NCBI GenBank assembly: GCA_019090455.1
Contig: JAHRWA010000074.1
Location: forward strand, 93,345-157,344
Direction of reading: 5' to 3'
From: Pseudomonadales bacterium
GTDB lineage: Bacteria; Pseudomonadota; Gammaproteobacteria; Pseudomonadales; DC-out160
DNA length: 64,000 nt
The notes under the pieces were generated by a model that saw only the letters and a program-made list of their open reading frames with translations, had not been told where the DNA came from and did no database searches. Positions 9,162 through 19,096 of the stretch are shown one piece after another. Numbering within the stretch: position 1 is the stretch's first letter; each line of letters begins with the position of its first letter. The position numbers and the translations under genes were made by a program.

Positions 9162-10067
9162 TTAGCCTGTAGAAATCACAGATTCAGGCAATGTCACTTC
9201 TATAGCCACCGGGCAATGATCCGATAGCTGACAATTAAGAACATTCACCGCATTCACCTTTAAATTAGGCGTCACCAAAATATGATCAATAGTTCTAGTG
9301 GGCGCCCAACTAGGATAGGTATTGGTAGATGTCGCTGCCGGTCGCAAATTGGTATCACGTAATGGCGTATCAATTAAACTATCGGCACAACAATTCATAT
9401 CGCCCATGATAATTACATGCTGATAAGGTCTAATTAACTCTTTAACATACTCCAGCTGTCGATATCGGCCTTTTTCACCTAAGGCAAGATGTAGCCCTAT
9501 CACTATCAATGGTGATTCAGGATTACCGTAACGTGTCACAATCGCGCCTCTGCCACGTACACCGGGCAGACGATGATCTTCTATTGAATAAGGAATAATT
9601 CGACTCAACAGACCGTTACTGTATTGCCCTAATCGACCAAAATCACGATTGAGTTGTTGATGCCAATACGGGAAACCGCCTTGTTCCGCAAAATGCGCCA
9701 ACTGATTGATATAGCCACTGCGCAGGCTGCCCCCATCCACTTCCTGCAATGCCACCACATCATAGTCACTGAGTAATGAGCCAATCTCATTGAGATTCAA
9801 CAGATCGGGAGGAGTGGGCATAAACTGGCTTACGCTAGTGGTGATATAATCTTTATATGCCTTGCTATTCAAACCGGCCTGAATATTGAAACTCAATAAA
9901 CGAATCGTATTCTCTGTTAAACGGGAATTCAACGGGAAGCGAGAACCTGAATGACCATGACTAGAGCGCCACTTATTTTCGCTGAGTTTATCACTCAACT
10001 TCTCACCCAATCTCTCACCCAACATGGGCTTCAACTGTTCAAACTGCCGTCTCGCTCTATCTAACAT
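9162..10067 (-). CDS. Endonuclease/exonuclease/phosphatase (EEP) family protein
   Basis: Motifs ALQEVDGG, IIMGDMNC and LSDHCPV are typical of the EEP fold. Confidence 0.75.
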   Translation of the reverse strand: MLDRARRQFEQLKPMLGERLGEKLSDKLSENKWRSSHGHSGSRFPLNSRLTENTIRLLSFNIQAGLNSKAYKDYITTSVSQFMPTPPDLLNLNEIGSLLSDYDVVALQEVDGGSLRSGYINQLAHFAEQGGFPYWHQQLNRDFGRLGQYSNGLLSRIIPYSIEDHRLPGVRGRGAIVTRYGNPESPLIVIGLHLALGEKGRYRQLEYVKELIRPYQHVIIMGDMNCCADSLIDTPLRDTNLRPAATSTNTYPSWAPTRTIDHILVTPNLKVNAVNVLNCQLSDHCPVAIEVTLPESVISTG

Positions 10068-10181
10068 CTGTTTTTTCTAACTTTTGTAATACTTTAATTT
10101 TGTCACTCTTCTAACGTCTAAATCACTCTGCTGCTTTAGAAAACAATCAATTCGATTTAAGGCGATAAACAATCCCAAACT

Positions 10182-10889
10182 CTATTCACCATCAGTCAAT
10201 AATGGATTGACGGGGACTTGCGCTACACGCTCTTTTTCAACCAGCAAATCAGTAATAGACAAAAGGTTATCGTAACTTTGAGCACTGGATACGTCCGTTA
10301 GGTACTTGCCATTAATAATGATAGCTGGCACTTCTCGAATGCGATAGATCTCGCTTGAAGCTCTCGCCTCACGCACATTAGCGACAACATTAAATGACTG
10401 CCTTGCATCTTCAATTTCATCGGGTGTAAGACCCAGCTGCAAATAAAACGCTGACAATTGCGTTTCAAGGTTCTGGGGGGAAGCATCCCCAGAAAGACTT
10501 GTGCCAAAATATTCAATAACTTGGGGTAAAATATTGAGCTCTTCTCCCAGCCAATAAGCCTCAGCCAATACGGCAGATTGGGCTGATAAAATCACATGCG
10601 TTTGCAATAACGAAACATCTCCAGGTTGCTGGGCAGCCCATTGTCGCCACAATTCTGTAAATTCAATGCACTCTCCACATCCGTGACTCACCAATAATCG
10701 AACTTCAATACTCTTTGAGGATTGGTCACTAAAATGGGTTTTAACGGGTATTTGCAATAAACGGTAGTGAACAGGTGCAGGCGTTTCAACTCCCATACCA
10801 AACATAAACGGAATCAACGTCAGCAATAGAATGTAATGTCGTAAGCAAACTCTTTTACCGGTGTTTCCTTCATTTGCAATTAGCCTCAT
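10182..10889 (-). CDS. DsbA-family thioredoxin-fold protein with atypical CGEC motif
   Basis: N-terminal hydrophobic signal-like segment, CxxC = CGEC (10668-10679), cis-Pro region EVPAIIINGKY. Located where Pseudomonas has dsbA. Confidence 0.7.
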   Translation of the reverse strand: MRLIANEGNTGKRVCLRHYILLLTLIPFMFGMGVETPAPVHYRLLQIPVKTHFSDQSSKSIEVRLLVSHGCGECIEFTELWRQWAAQQPGDVSLLQTHVILSAQSAVLAEAYWLGEELNILPQVIEYFGTSLSGDASPQNLETQLSAFYLQLGLTPDEIEDARQSFNVVANVREARASSEIYRIREVPAIIINGKYLTDVSSAQSYDNLLSITDLLVEKERVAQVPVNPLLTDGE

Positions 10890-10930
10890 CGCTTCGACCT
10901 TATAATCCTTCTATTAAACTCTTAACCCTT

Positions 10931-10966
10931 AAAATGAAAAGCCCCAAGCAATAAAAGCAATGGGGC
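10931..10966 (-). terminator. Rho-independent terminator downstream of the cytochrome c gene
   Basis: On the minus strand a GCCCCA...TGGGGC stem is followed by TTTTCATTTT. A second perfect 10-bp hairpin lies at 10984-11006. Confidence 0.6.
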
Positions 10967-11015
10967 CAAAATAAGCAGATAGCAATTACGATAGTTTATC
11001 GTAATTTGTAGTACC

Positions 11016-11309
11016 TTATTTTACCATGAATTCAATCAGTGACTTAAATTGATCATCAGTACAATCATTACAGAGACCATTAGGAGGCATCGCTCCCTTT
11101 CCATTTTTTACACTGGCAACAAGTGCATCCATACCAAGCTCTAAACGAGAAGCCCATTGAGACTTGTTACCTGTCATAGGCGCTCCAGCTGCCCCTGTTC
11201 CATGACACGCAAAACAGGTGCCCTGGTATTTTGCTTGTATATCATCAGCTTGTGAAACTGATCCGAAACCCAACAACGCTACCGCTGCGACCAATAGAGT
11301 CTTTTTCAT
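11016..11309 (-). CDS. Mono-haem cytochrome c (c5 family)
   Basis: 97 aa with a signal peptide, haem motif CFACHGTGAAGAP and a distal Met region GAMPP. Confidence 0.8.
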   Translation of the reverse strand: MKKTLLVAAVALLGFGSVSQADDIQAKYQGTCFACHGTGAAGAPMTGNKSQWASRLELGMDALVASVKNGKGAMPPNGLCNDCTDDQFKSLIEFMVK

Positions 11310-11527
11310 TGATTATATGCCCTAAATTGCTTTGAAATTAGCTAACTGTATGAGAACTAGATAACTATTCTAATTGTGTATATACATAAGAATAGATAAC
11401 GCGGATTATATATCAAACTAAATCTCAACGGCAAACCGCAATCTCAACTGCAAATTGCCCCATTCCAATATAAACTTGTACATCACCATAACTTTCACCT
11501 CGCTGTAAAAAGACACTTTAATAAACC

Positions 11528-12139
11528 ATGAAAGACATAAAAACCTTGTTACACGGCGCTGCCTTTTCCATTAGCGCCGCTAAAGCCTCCCAATGTCCTC
11601 CTGATACCGGGCTCGAAGTTGCGTTCGCTGGTCGCTCTAACGCTGGAAAGTCCAGTGCTATCAATGTATTAACACAACAAAAAAGGCTGGCACGCACGAG
11701 CAAGACGCCAGGACGCACTCAATTACTCAACTTTTTTGGCCTCGACGAAGAGCGAAGCTTGGTGGATTTGCCCGGATACGGCTATGCAAAAGTCGCTCTG
11801 AAAGTGAAAGAAAAATGGCAAATAGAGCTCGAATTATACCTAGGCGAAAGAAAGGCTCTCAAAGGCATCATTCTAATGATGGATGTACGCCATCCTATGA
11901 CTGAATATGACGTCATGATGTTGGAGTGGTCCAAACACTTCCAGCTTCCCATTCACATCCTTTTAACCAAGGCGGATAAACTGAAACGTGGCGGTGCTCA
12001 AAATAGTCTTTTGCAGGTGAATCAAGCAATTGAAGATTTTCGACCCCTTGCCTCGGTACAGTTATTTTCCTCTCTCAAAAAGCAGGGGCTGGACGACGCT
12101 AGGGCCGTCATAGGCGACTGGCTCTCTGTGACAACATAA
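11528..12139 (+). CDS. engB: Ribosome biogenesis GTPase EngB/YihA
   Basis: G1 [13 protein letters not shown]3 DLPGYGY, G4 LTKADK. Confidence 0.9.
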   Translation: MKDIKTLLHGAAFSISAAKASQCPPDTGLEVAFAGRSNAGKSSAINVLTQQKRLARTSKTPGRTQLLNFFGLDEERSLVDLPGYGYAKVALKVKEKWQIELELYLGERKALKGIILMMDVRHPMTEYDVMMLEWSKHFQLPIHILLTKADKLKRGGAQNSLLQVNQAIEDFRPLASVQLFSSLKKQGLDDARAVIGDWLSVTT

Positions 12140-12213
12140 AATCAGCTGTAGCGGCAACACAGTCTGGGTTACAGCTATACTCAATTTGAACAGAAACCCG
12201 TATAAGTTGCCCC

Positions 12214-13188
12214 ATGCCTAAAGAAACTGAAGAACTGGTATCCATTCAGAAACAGCGAGAAATGATCGAAAAGCTGGTCGCATTTTCGCAGCAATTGGCG
12301 AGAATTGTGAACACAATGGAATCGGTTCAACATATGATGCGCCCTTCTCAGATTCCTAAGCAACGTCAATTTGCATTATTGCATCAACTCATCGATAGAA
12401 TGCAAACGATGGAAACGGAGCAACTCTATACACGCCTTCAAACACTGGATACTGAGGTAGAGAAGGAAATTAAAAAAATTCTAGCCTTATCGCAACTCAA
12501 AGAGGACGATTTAGAAAAAAAGTACGCCGACAAATCACGATCTGAAATTGCTACCAGCCATAAAACACTACTTAAAGAACTGAAAGACTTTTCTCGCAAA
12601 GCCCAAACCAATGTTGCCATTCGTTATAGCTTACATAGCCGAGGTTGCTCTTTAGATACCGCGAAGCTCCCCTTTTCACAAGAAGAGTTAGCGATAAGAG
12701 TTCAGGATCTAAAATCGAAAGAACACGAATGCAGAAACAAACTAACCCAACATATCGAATCCCTCATTAACGATACAAAAATCGTATTGAACACGCCTCA
12801 ATTTCCGGATGATCTAAAAGAACAAATCGCTCAAGTAAAAACGAATTTAGAAAAGAATTTGGAACATATAAAGAATGGAGATGATATTGAAGGACTCCCC
12901 GTCTTTATCGAATCTTTAGAAATAATATCTACCGGGGATTTAGACTCCACTCCTGTCAACGATGATTCCGAAACATCAATGGCAACTGATGCTATAGAAC
13001 ATGATAAATCTAATGGCCCCAAGAACAAGACAAACGCCCCAGAAATCATAAGTTCGCCCAATTCGCCATCCTTAGAAGACTTGCAAGCCCAATATAGGCA
13101 AAAAGGCGTTCTTGGGCGGCTCTGGATGTGGCTAAACACACCCTTTGGCGTAACCTGGAAAGACATTAGTAAACCTCCTGAAGATTAG
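12214..13188 (+). CDS. Hypothetical coiled-coil protein
   Basis: 324 aa, rich in E/K/Q/L heptad-like sequence, with a Trp-rich C-terminal segment GRLWMWLNTPFGVTWKDI. No catalytic motif. Confidence 0.6.
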   Translation: MPKETEELVSIQKQREMIEKLVAFSQQLARIVNTMESVQHMMRPSQIPKQRQFALLHQLIDRMQTMETEQLYTRLQTLDTEVEKEIKKILALSQLKEDDLEKKYADKSRSEIATSHKTLLKELKDFSRKAQTNVAIRYSLHSRGCSLDTAKLPFSQEELAIRVQDLKSKEHECRNKLTQHIESLINDTKIVLNTPQFPDDLKEQIAQVKTNLEKNLEHIKNGDDIEGLPVFIESLEIISTGDLDSTPVNDDSETSMATDAIEHDKSNGPKNKTNAPEIISSPNSPSLEDLQAQYRQKGVLGRLWMWLNTPFGVTWKDISKPPED

Positions 13189-13251
13189 CCTCTTTCGCTA
13201 TAGGCCTCTTTCGCTATAGGCCTCTTTCGCTACAGGCCTCTTTCACTACAG
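13188..13251 (+). repeat. 4 x 16-bp tandem repeat (GCCTCTTTCGCTATAG)
   Basis: Copies at 13188, 13204, 13220 and 13236, with 0-2 mismatches in the last two. The first copy overlaps the TAG stop of the upstream ORF. Confidence 0.95.
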
Positions 13252-13277
13252 GAAAAATGGTCCATACTTAAAATATT

Positions 13278-14702
13278 ATGGATGATCTTTCTGTTACCTG
13301 GCTTATCGCTATTCAAGTTGGTTTCCTATTATTAGGAACCATTATTTTTCAATGGCTTTATAACCGATGGCAAAAGAGCAAATTACTTAAATTCAAAATT
13401 CAACTACAGAAACTTCGTGAATTATTAGCCGCACAAAAAACTCAAGCCACTCGTCACCAAGATGAGGGGTTTCTCGATATTGAATCCTCACTCTCCGAGA
13501 CTCAAGAACGTCACAATACTATTGATAATAGCTCCGATATTGACACCCTCTACTCGCTAAACGCAAAGGATAAAATCAATTCGCTAGCACTGAGGCATGC
13601 GTTTCTCAATGCTGAAAAACAGGCAATATCAGAAAACTCACAAGAAAAGTGGGATGCTTTAGATCAAAATTTTCAGAAAATAATTAGCACTTTATCACTC
13701 GCGGAGTTTGATGGTGTTGAAAAAGAACGAGACCAATACAAACAAGAATTAGATTTATTAAAGAAGGAACTATTAATCAATACGACCTCGATAGAAGAGC
13801 TAGAACAGAAAAAGACGCTCATAGAAGGGTTACAAAAAAATTGGGGAGATTTAAAGCAGTCTGAAAATAGCATAATGCCAAAAATAGTCTCTCTCATTAA
13901 AGGGAGCGAAAATCGTAATGAAATGGCTGAGCTGTTAAAAGAATTACATACCGAATTCGAAAAAGCCGGTAGTTTTTTATCAGAAGAAACGGGGGATACT
14001 TCCGCAGAACAATTTGCAATAGACTTTTTTGACGAAACTGAAAACACCGAAATTGATTCCGAGCTTACCGATACAAAAAATAGTGATTCGGCACCTCATG
14101 ATGCTGAAAGCCAAATGAATATGCTAACCAACATCACCAATGACCAAACTAAACTGATTGCTAAGCTCAAAAATCAACTCACCGAACTCAATGGAGATGA
14201 TCAACTTGCCGAAACAATCGAAGAAGTTGAACGTCTCAATCAGATGATGAAAGAATCTGAAATGTGTATTAAGTTACTCGAAACAGAATTAGATGAATCG
14301 TCTAATCGCGCATTACAATCAGAAAAAGAAAATGCAGAATTAGCCAATGCCACTCAAGAAAAAGACAGTCGAATTTCCGAACTTGAAGCAAACCTATCCC
14401 AACAGACTACAGAAGCGACCCAGTTAAGTCAGCAACTCGAAATGTTAGAAAATGAAACCGCCTCTTTGCCAGAAACACCCGACTCACCCGAGCTTGAAAC
14501 CGATAATATTGAGTTGTTTGATGACTCCCCCACACCTGAATCAACAGAGATTAATGCAATCACTAGCAACGACAGCGTCATAGATTTTGATAAAATAATC
14601 ACACAAAAACAGTACGAGATATACGAATTGGAAGAGAAACAGTTGGCCATCGAAACGCGTTACTTACAGCTATACCAGCGCTACCAACAGTTGGTGGTAT
14701 AG
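13278..14702 (+). CDS. Hypothetical membrane-anchored acidic coiled-coil protein
   Basis: 474 aa. N-terminal hydrophobic helix (WLIAIQVGFLLLGTIIFQWL) followed by long E/Q/L/K-rich sequence. Confidence 0.6.
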   Translation: MDDLSVTWLIAIQVGFLLLGTIIFQWLYNRWQKSKLLKFKIQLQKLRELLAAQKTQATRHQDEGFLDIESSLSETQERHNTIDNSSDIDTLYSLNAKDKINSLALRHAFLNAEKQAISENSQEKWDALDQNFQKIISTLSLAEFDGVEKERDQYKQELDLLKKELLINTTSIEELEQKKTLIEGLQKNWGDLKQSENSIMPKIVSLIKGSENRNEMAELLKELHTEFEKAGSFLSEETGDTSAEQFAIDFFDETENTEIDSELTDTKNSDSAPHDAESQMNMLTNITNDQTKLIAKLKNQLTELNGDDQLAETIEEVERLNQMMKESEMCIKLLETELDESSNRALQSEKENAELANATQEKDSRISELEANLSQQTTEATQLSQQLEMLENETASLPETPDSPELETDNIELFDDSPTPESTEINAITSNDSVIDFDKIITQKQYEIYELEEKQLAIETRYLQLYQRYQQLVV

Positions 14703-14712
14703 AATATCGAAT

Positions 14713-16002
14713 CTATTCTGGTTTTGTCACTTTACGTTTTCCGCTAACAGATTCACCCAGTGTGTTGATGATATGTTTGAATCCCGGATCAATTTTTACC
14801 GCCTTTATAACCGCTTCCACTTTCGCAATCTCAGTCACCACGACTTTAAGTAGGTTATTTTTCTGTTCATTAGTCACAGATTGGATCGAGACTTCTTGTC
14901 TAAATTTACTCACCAATTCACTAACATGATCTTGCGCTTGCGACGATTGATTTTGCAAATCACTCTCAAAAGTTTGTAATGCTCGGTGAGTCGCCATAAT
15001 CAACTTTTCTAAGGTTGCACGTTCTCTCTCTATGGTTAGTTCCGTACTAATACGCCTTGTATTAGCATCAAGCCCCATAACAACCATTACCAAATTATCT
15101 TTCAGGTTATTGTAAGCCTCAATATTTGAGCTATCGTAGCCCGTCACGATTAAGCTGGATACCTGCCCATTGCAAATCAAATGATTTTCAACATCGACGA
15201 TTTCCTCACTATCACCGTGTGCTTCTAACAATTCAATACTCAGCGTATCAGATACATTCTCCCCATCAGAACCAAAGTAATTTGATTGCCCTTCAATTCG
15301 AATTTGTAAAACTCCTTCCATCCCATAATTCGTTAAGGTAATAGAAATTTGCTTCGCTAAATCAGCATAAGTGCTGCAAGAAAAACACTGCATTAAAAAA
15401 TGTACCACCGCACCTAAATCGGCGTTACTGCGCATTGAGCCAAACGCGAGTTCAGTCGCCTGATCAACCTCCTCCTCCAAAGACTGAACCTTCGCCATCG
15501 CATCTTTTAAATCCGTCGACTCTGCATCTGCAGCCAATTTCTCTTCCTTTACACCTACTCGCAACGTCTCGTTATCTTCTATCAATCTCTCTAATTCAAT
15601 TTCGATCATTTCTCCGCAGTTTTTAGACTCCTTGAGTTGACGATCTAATGAGGTTATTTCATCGCCTTGACCCTCAATAACCCGGCGGTATTCCTCAACC
15701 TGTAACTCAGACTCCTTCAGCGCAGTCTTAAGTTCATTTATCGAATTTTTTTCAACGCAGGGAGTGGACTCTAAGGAAGGAACACTAGGATCAATCGATT
15801 CGTCATCTTTTGCATCCAACAACGAAGCGGGCATTGATCCATCGGTCATTTTGTCCTGCAACTCGAAAAAAAGATCGCGAAATTGCTCTAGATTTTTTAT
15901 CCGTTGCTGGTAGTTTTCAATCGCTTTATTGAGATCATAGGACGGAGCCTCAGAAACCGAAGCCCCCTCTTCATCGTCTTTTTTACTGCCTTTTTCAATC
16001 AT
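14713..16002 (-). CDS. Hypothetical protein, N-terminal coiled coil plus C-terminal globular domain
   Basis: 429 aa. Convergent with the previous gene, with a 10-nt gap. No recognisable motif. Confidence 0.6.
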   Translation of the reverse strand: MIEKGSKKDDEEGASVSEAPSYDLNKAIENYQQRIKNLEQFRDLFFELQDKMTDGSMPASLLDAKDDESIDPSVPSLESTPCVEKNSINELKTALKESELQVEEYRRVIEGQGDEITSLDRQLKESKNCGEMIEIELERLIEDNETLRVGVKEEKLAADAESTDLKDAMAKVQSLEEEVDQATELAFGSMRSNADLGAVVHFLMQCFSCSTYADLAKQISITLTNYGMEGVLQIRIEGQSNYFGSDGENVSDTLSIELLEAHGDSEEIVDVENHLICNGQVSSLIVTGYDSSNIEAYNNLKDNLVMVVMGLDANTRRISTELTIERERATLEKLIMATHRALQTFESDLQNQSSQAQDHVSELVSKFRQEVSIQSVTNEQKNNLLKVVVTEIAKVEAVIKAVKIDPGFKHIINTLGESVSGKRKVTKPE

Positions 16003-16140
16003 TGACTTTCAATTATCGACTATTAACTAATTTAGCTTTTCACTAAGCCTAATCCTTCCAACCATTAGACCGCTCCCAACCTAAGCATAGCCAACTTCAT
16101 CAATCTCGAACTTTTTAGTCTTTTGCGCTAAAACAGCTAA

Positions 16141-18861
16141 TTAATGTGCCTGTTCCCAGTTTTCACCCATTCCCACATCGACAATAAGCGGTACATCCAA
16201 ATTAGCAGCTGATTGCATACAATCTTTAACTCCCGCTACGATTTTATCTAACTCAGACTCGGGTACTTCCAGTACCAACTCATCGTGGACTTGCATTATC
16301 ATTCTCGCTTGATAGTTACCCTCAACCAAAAATTGGTCAGTCGCGATCATCGCCTTTTTAATAATATCCGCAGCCGTCCCCTGCATAGGCGCATTGATTG
16401 CTGTTCGTTCTGCTCCTTGGCGACGCGGCACATTTCGCGAATTGATTTCGGGCAAATACAAACGTCGCCCGAATAGCGTTTCCACAAAACCTTGTTTCGC
16501 GGCTTTTTCTCTTATCTCTTCCATGTAAGCCAATACGCCGGGATAATGCTGGAAATAGGAATCCATATATTCCTGTGCTTGTTTGCGGCCTATACCCAGT
16601 TGCTTACCTAAACCAAATGCAGACATACCGTATATCAAACCAAAGTTAACCGCTTTGGCATTGCGCCGCTGATCTGCACTCACTTGCTCAACCGACACAC
16701 CAAACACTTCAGACGCTGTCGCTTTATGGATATCTTGTCCTTCCTGAAAAGCGGTTAATAATCCTTTGTCACCCGACAAATGAGCCATGATGCGTAATTC
16801 AATCTGAGAATAATCTGCTGCCACCAACAGGCAACCCTTTGCCGGAATAAACGCTTGGCGAATTCGACGTCCCTCTTCGGTTCGAACAGGAATATTCTGT
16901 AAATTGGGATCAGAAGAGGAAAGCCGACCGGTAGCAGCTACCGCTTGATGATAAGAGGTATGAATCCGTTTCGTAACAGGATCGACCATCTCGGGTAATT
17001 TATCAGTATAAGTGGATTTTAATTTACTAAGACTACGGTATTCCAAAACCACTTTCGGCAACGGATAATCCAACGCTAACTCCTGCAACACGGGTTCAGC
17101 AGTAGAAGGCGCTCCCTTAGGCGTTTTTTTCAAAACCGGAATAGCCAACTTTTCATAGAGTACGGCACCCAATTGCTTAGGCGATCCTAGATTAAATGAC
17201 TCCCCCGCGAGATCGTGTGCTTCTTTTTCTAGTTCTAGAATTCTCACGGCCAATTGCTGACTCTGTAATCTCAGCATATCCGTATCGATTAACGCACCGG
17301 TACGTTCAATTTTAGATAAGATGGGAATTAAAGGCAGTTCCATCTCGCTAAAAATACACTTTAATTTATCCTCAGATTCCAGCTTAGACCAAAGTGTTTC
17401 ATGTAATGCTAACGTCACTTCGGCATCTTCCGCTGCATAAGGTCCAGCGACCTCCAACGCAATCTCATTAAATTTGAGTTGTTTTTTTCCTTTACCCGCA
17501 ACATCTTCAAAGTGAATAGTCGTATGACCCAGGTACTTTAAAGACAAGCTATCCATATCATGGCGAGTCGCCGTGGAGTCGAGTACGTAAGACTCCAGCA
17601 TGGTATCAAAAGCAATGCCTTTTAAATGAATGTCGTGGTTCACCAGAACATTCATATCGTATTTTAAATTTTGCCCTACTATTTTCTTACTATCACTTTC
17701 TAATAGTGGCTTTAACTTCCCTAACACGGTTTCACGAGAAAGTTGTTCTGGCGCGTCTAAATAGTTATGAGCACACGGTACATACGCCGCCTTACCGTCA
17801 CCAACAGAAAAGGAAACACCCACTACCTCTGCACGCATATAATTGAGATCCGTCGTTTCCGTGTCAAAAGCAAAAATCTCTGCTGCATTTAAAAGCGTAA
17901 TCCATTCATCGAATCGTTGTTCCGACGTAACAATTTCAAATTTCTCTACGTTAATTTTACTCGCACTCACTGCAACCGGTTCAGTCTTACCACTGACCAA
18001 ATCTCTGAGCCAAGTTTTAAATTCAAACTCGGTGTAATATTCAATAAGCTTAGTTTTATCTGACGGCTGCAATAAATACTGCTCCGGACTTTTCTCCAAT
18101 TCCACATCACACTTTATGGTTGCCAGCAATTTGGATAGTGGTAATTGCTCCAATGCGTTACAAAGATTCTCACCCACCTTGCCCTTAATTTTACTCGCGT
18201 TCTCAATGACGGCATCTAAGGTTTCATATTCCGCCAGCCACTTCACAGCCGTCTTTGGTCCCACTTTCGGCACACCCGGAATGTTATCCACGCTATCTCC
18301 CATCAACGTGAGATAGTCAATAATCTGATTAGGAGCAACGCCAAATTTTTCTTTAACCCCTTCTACCCCCATCACGGTATCGGTCATGGTATTGACCAGC
18401 GTGACGTGTTGATTGACTAACTGCGCCATATCCTTATCGCCAGTGGAGATCAACGTTTCAATCTCTTTTTCCGTTGCACGCGCAGCTAATGTACCAATAA
18501 CATCGTCTGCCTCAACGCCTTCCACCACTAATATCGGAAAACCCATTGCTTGCACGATGCTATGTAGTGGCGCAATTTGTGAACGCAGGTCATCGGGCAT
18601 AGGGGGACGGTTTGCCTTGTACTCTTTATACATATCGTTTCGGAAAGTTTTACCTTTTGCATCAAACACCACCACCATCAATTCAGGCTTATAGTCGCGA
18701 ACCAGCTTGTTAAGCATATTAAGCACCCCTTTGATCGCACCGGTCGGCTGATTTTTTGAGGTTTTCAGTTCTGGTAACGCATGAAATGCCCGATAAAGAT
18801 AAGATGAGCCATCAACCAGAATAAAGGGGGGCTTAGTTGCTTCAATATTGTTTTTACTCAT
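16141..18861 (-). CDS. polA: DNA polymerase I
   Basis: 906 aa with 5'-nuclease, 3'-5' exonuclease (FAFDTETT) and polymerase (DYSQIELR, QVHDELV) motifs. Confidence 0.97.
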   Translation of the reverse strand: MSKNNIEATKPPFILVDGSSYLYRAFHALPELKTSKNQPTGAIKGVLNMLNKLVRDYKPELMVVVFDAKGKTFRNDMYKEYKANRPPMPDDLRSQIAPLHSIVQAMGFPILVVEGVEADDVIGTLAARATEKEIETLISTGDKDMAQLVNQHVTLVNTMTDTVMGVEGVKEKFGVAPNQIIDYLTLMGDSVDNIPGVPKVGPKTAVKWLAEYETLDAVIENASKIKGKVGENLCNALEQLPLSKLLATIKCDVELEKSPEQYLLQPSDKTKLIEYYTEFEFKTWLRDLVSGKTEPVAVSASKINVEKFEIVTSEQRFDEWITLLNAAEIFAFDTETTDLNYMRAEVVGVSFSVGDGKAAYVPCAHNYLDAPEQLSRETVLGKLKPLLESDSKKIVGQNLKYDMNVLVNHDIHLKGIAFDTMLESYVLDSTATRHDMDSLSLKYLGHTTIHFEDVAGKGKKQLKFNEIALEVAGPYAAEDAEVTLALHETLWSKLESEDKLKCIFSEMELPLIPILSKIERTGALIDTDMLRLQSQQLAVRILELEKEAHDLAGESFNLGSPKQLGAVLYEKLAIPVLKKTPKGAPSTAEPVLQELALDYPLPKVVLEYRSLSKLKSTYTDKLPEMVDPVTKRIHTSYHQAVAATGRLSSSDPNLQNIPVRTEEGRRIRQAFIPAKGCLLVAADYSQIELRIMAHLSGDKGLLTAFQEGQDIHKATASEVFGVSVEQVSADQRRNAKAVNFGLIYGMSAFGLGKQLGIGRKQAQEYMDSYFQHYPGVLAYMEEIREKAAKQGFVETLFGRRLYLPEINSRNVPRRQGAERTAINAPMQGTAADIIKKAMIATDQFLVEGNYQARMIMQVHDELVLEVPESELDKIVAGVKDCMQSAANLDVPLIVDVGMGENWEQAH

Positions 18862-19096
18862 ACTTAACCTTGCTTTGTCACCTGATGTGAATCTACGAAT
18901 GAAAGATGAATGACCCGAATGATCTATTGTACCTGAATCGCTCTCGATTCTAGCAGGCTATCTTTGCAAGCTATCTTGGCAAACTAAAGAACTTCATCTG
19001 TTCGCCCTGTGACAGGATTCAAAGTCATAATAAGTCTCTTGCGCTCTATTGCTGCTAGAATAGTAACTTCGCATTGCAATAGGCTGAACATTAATC

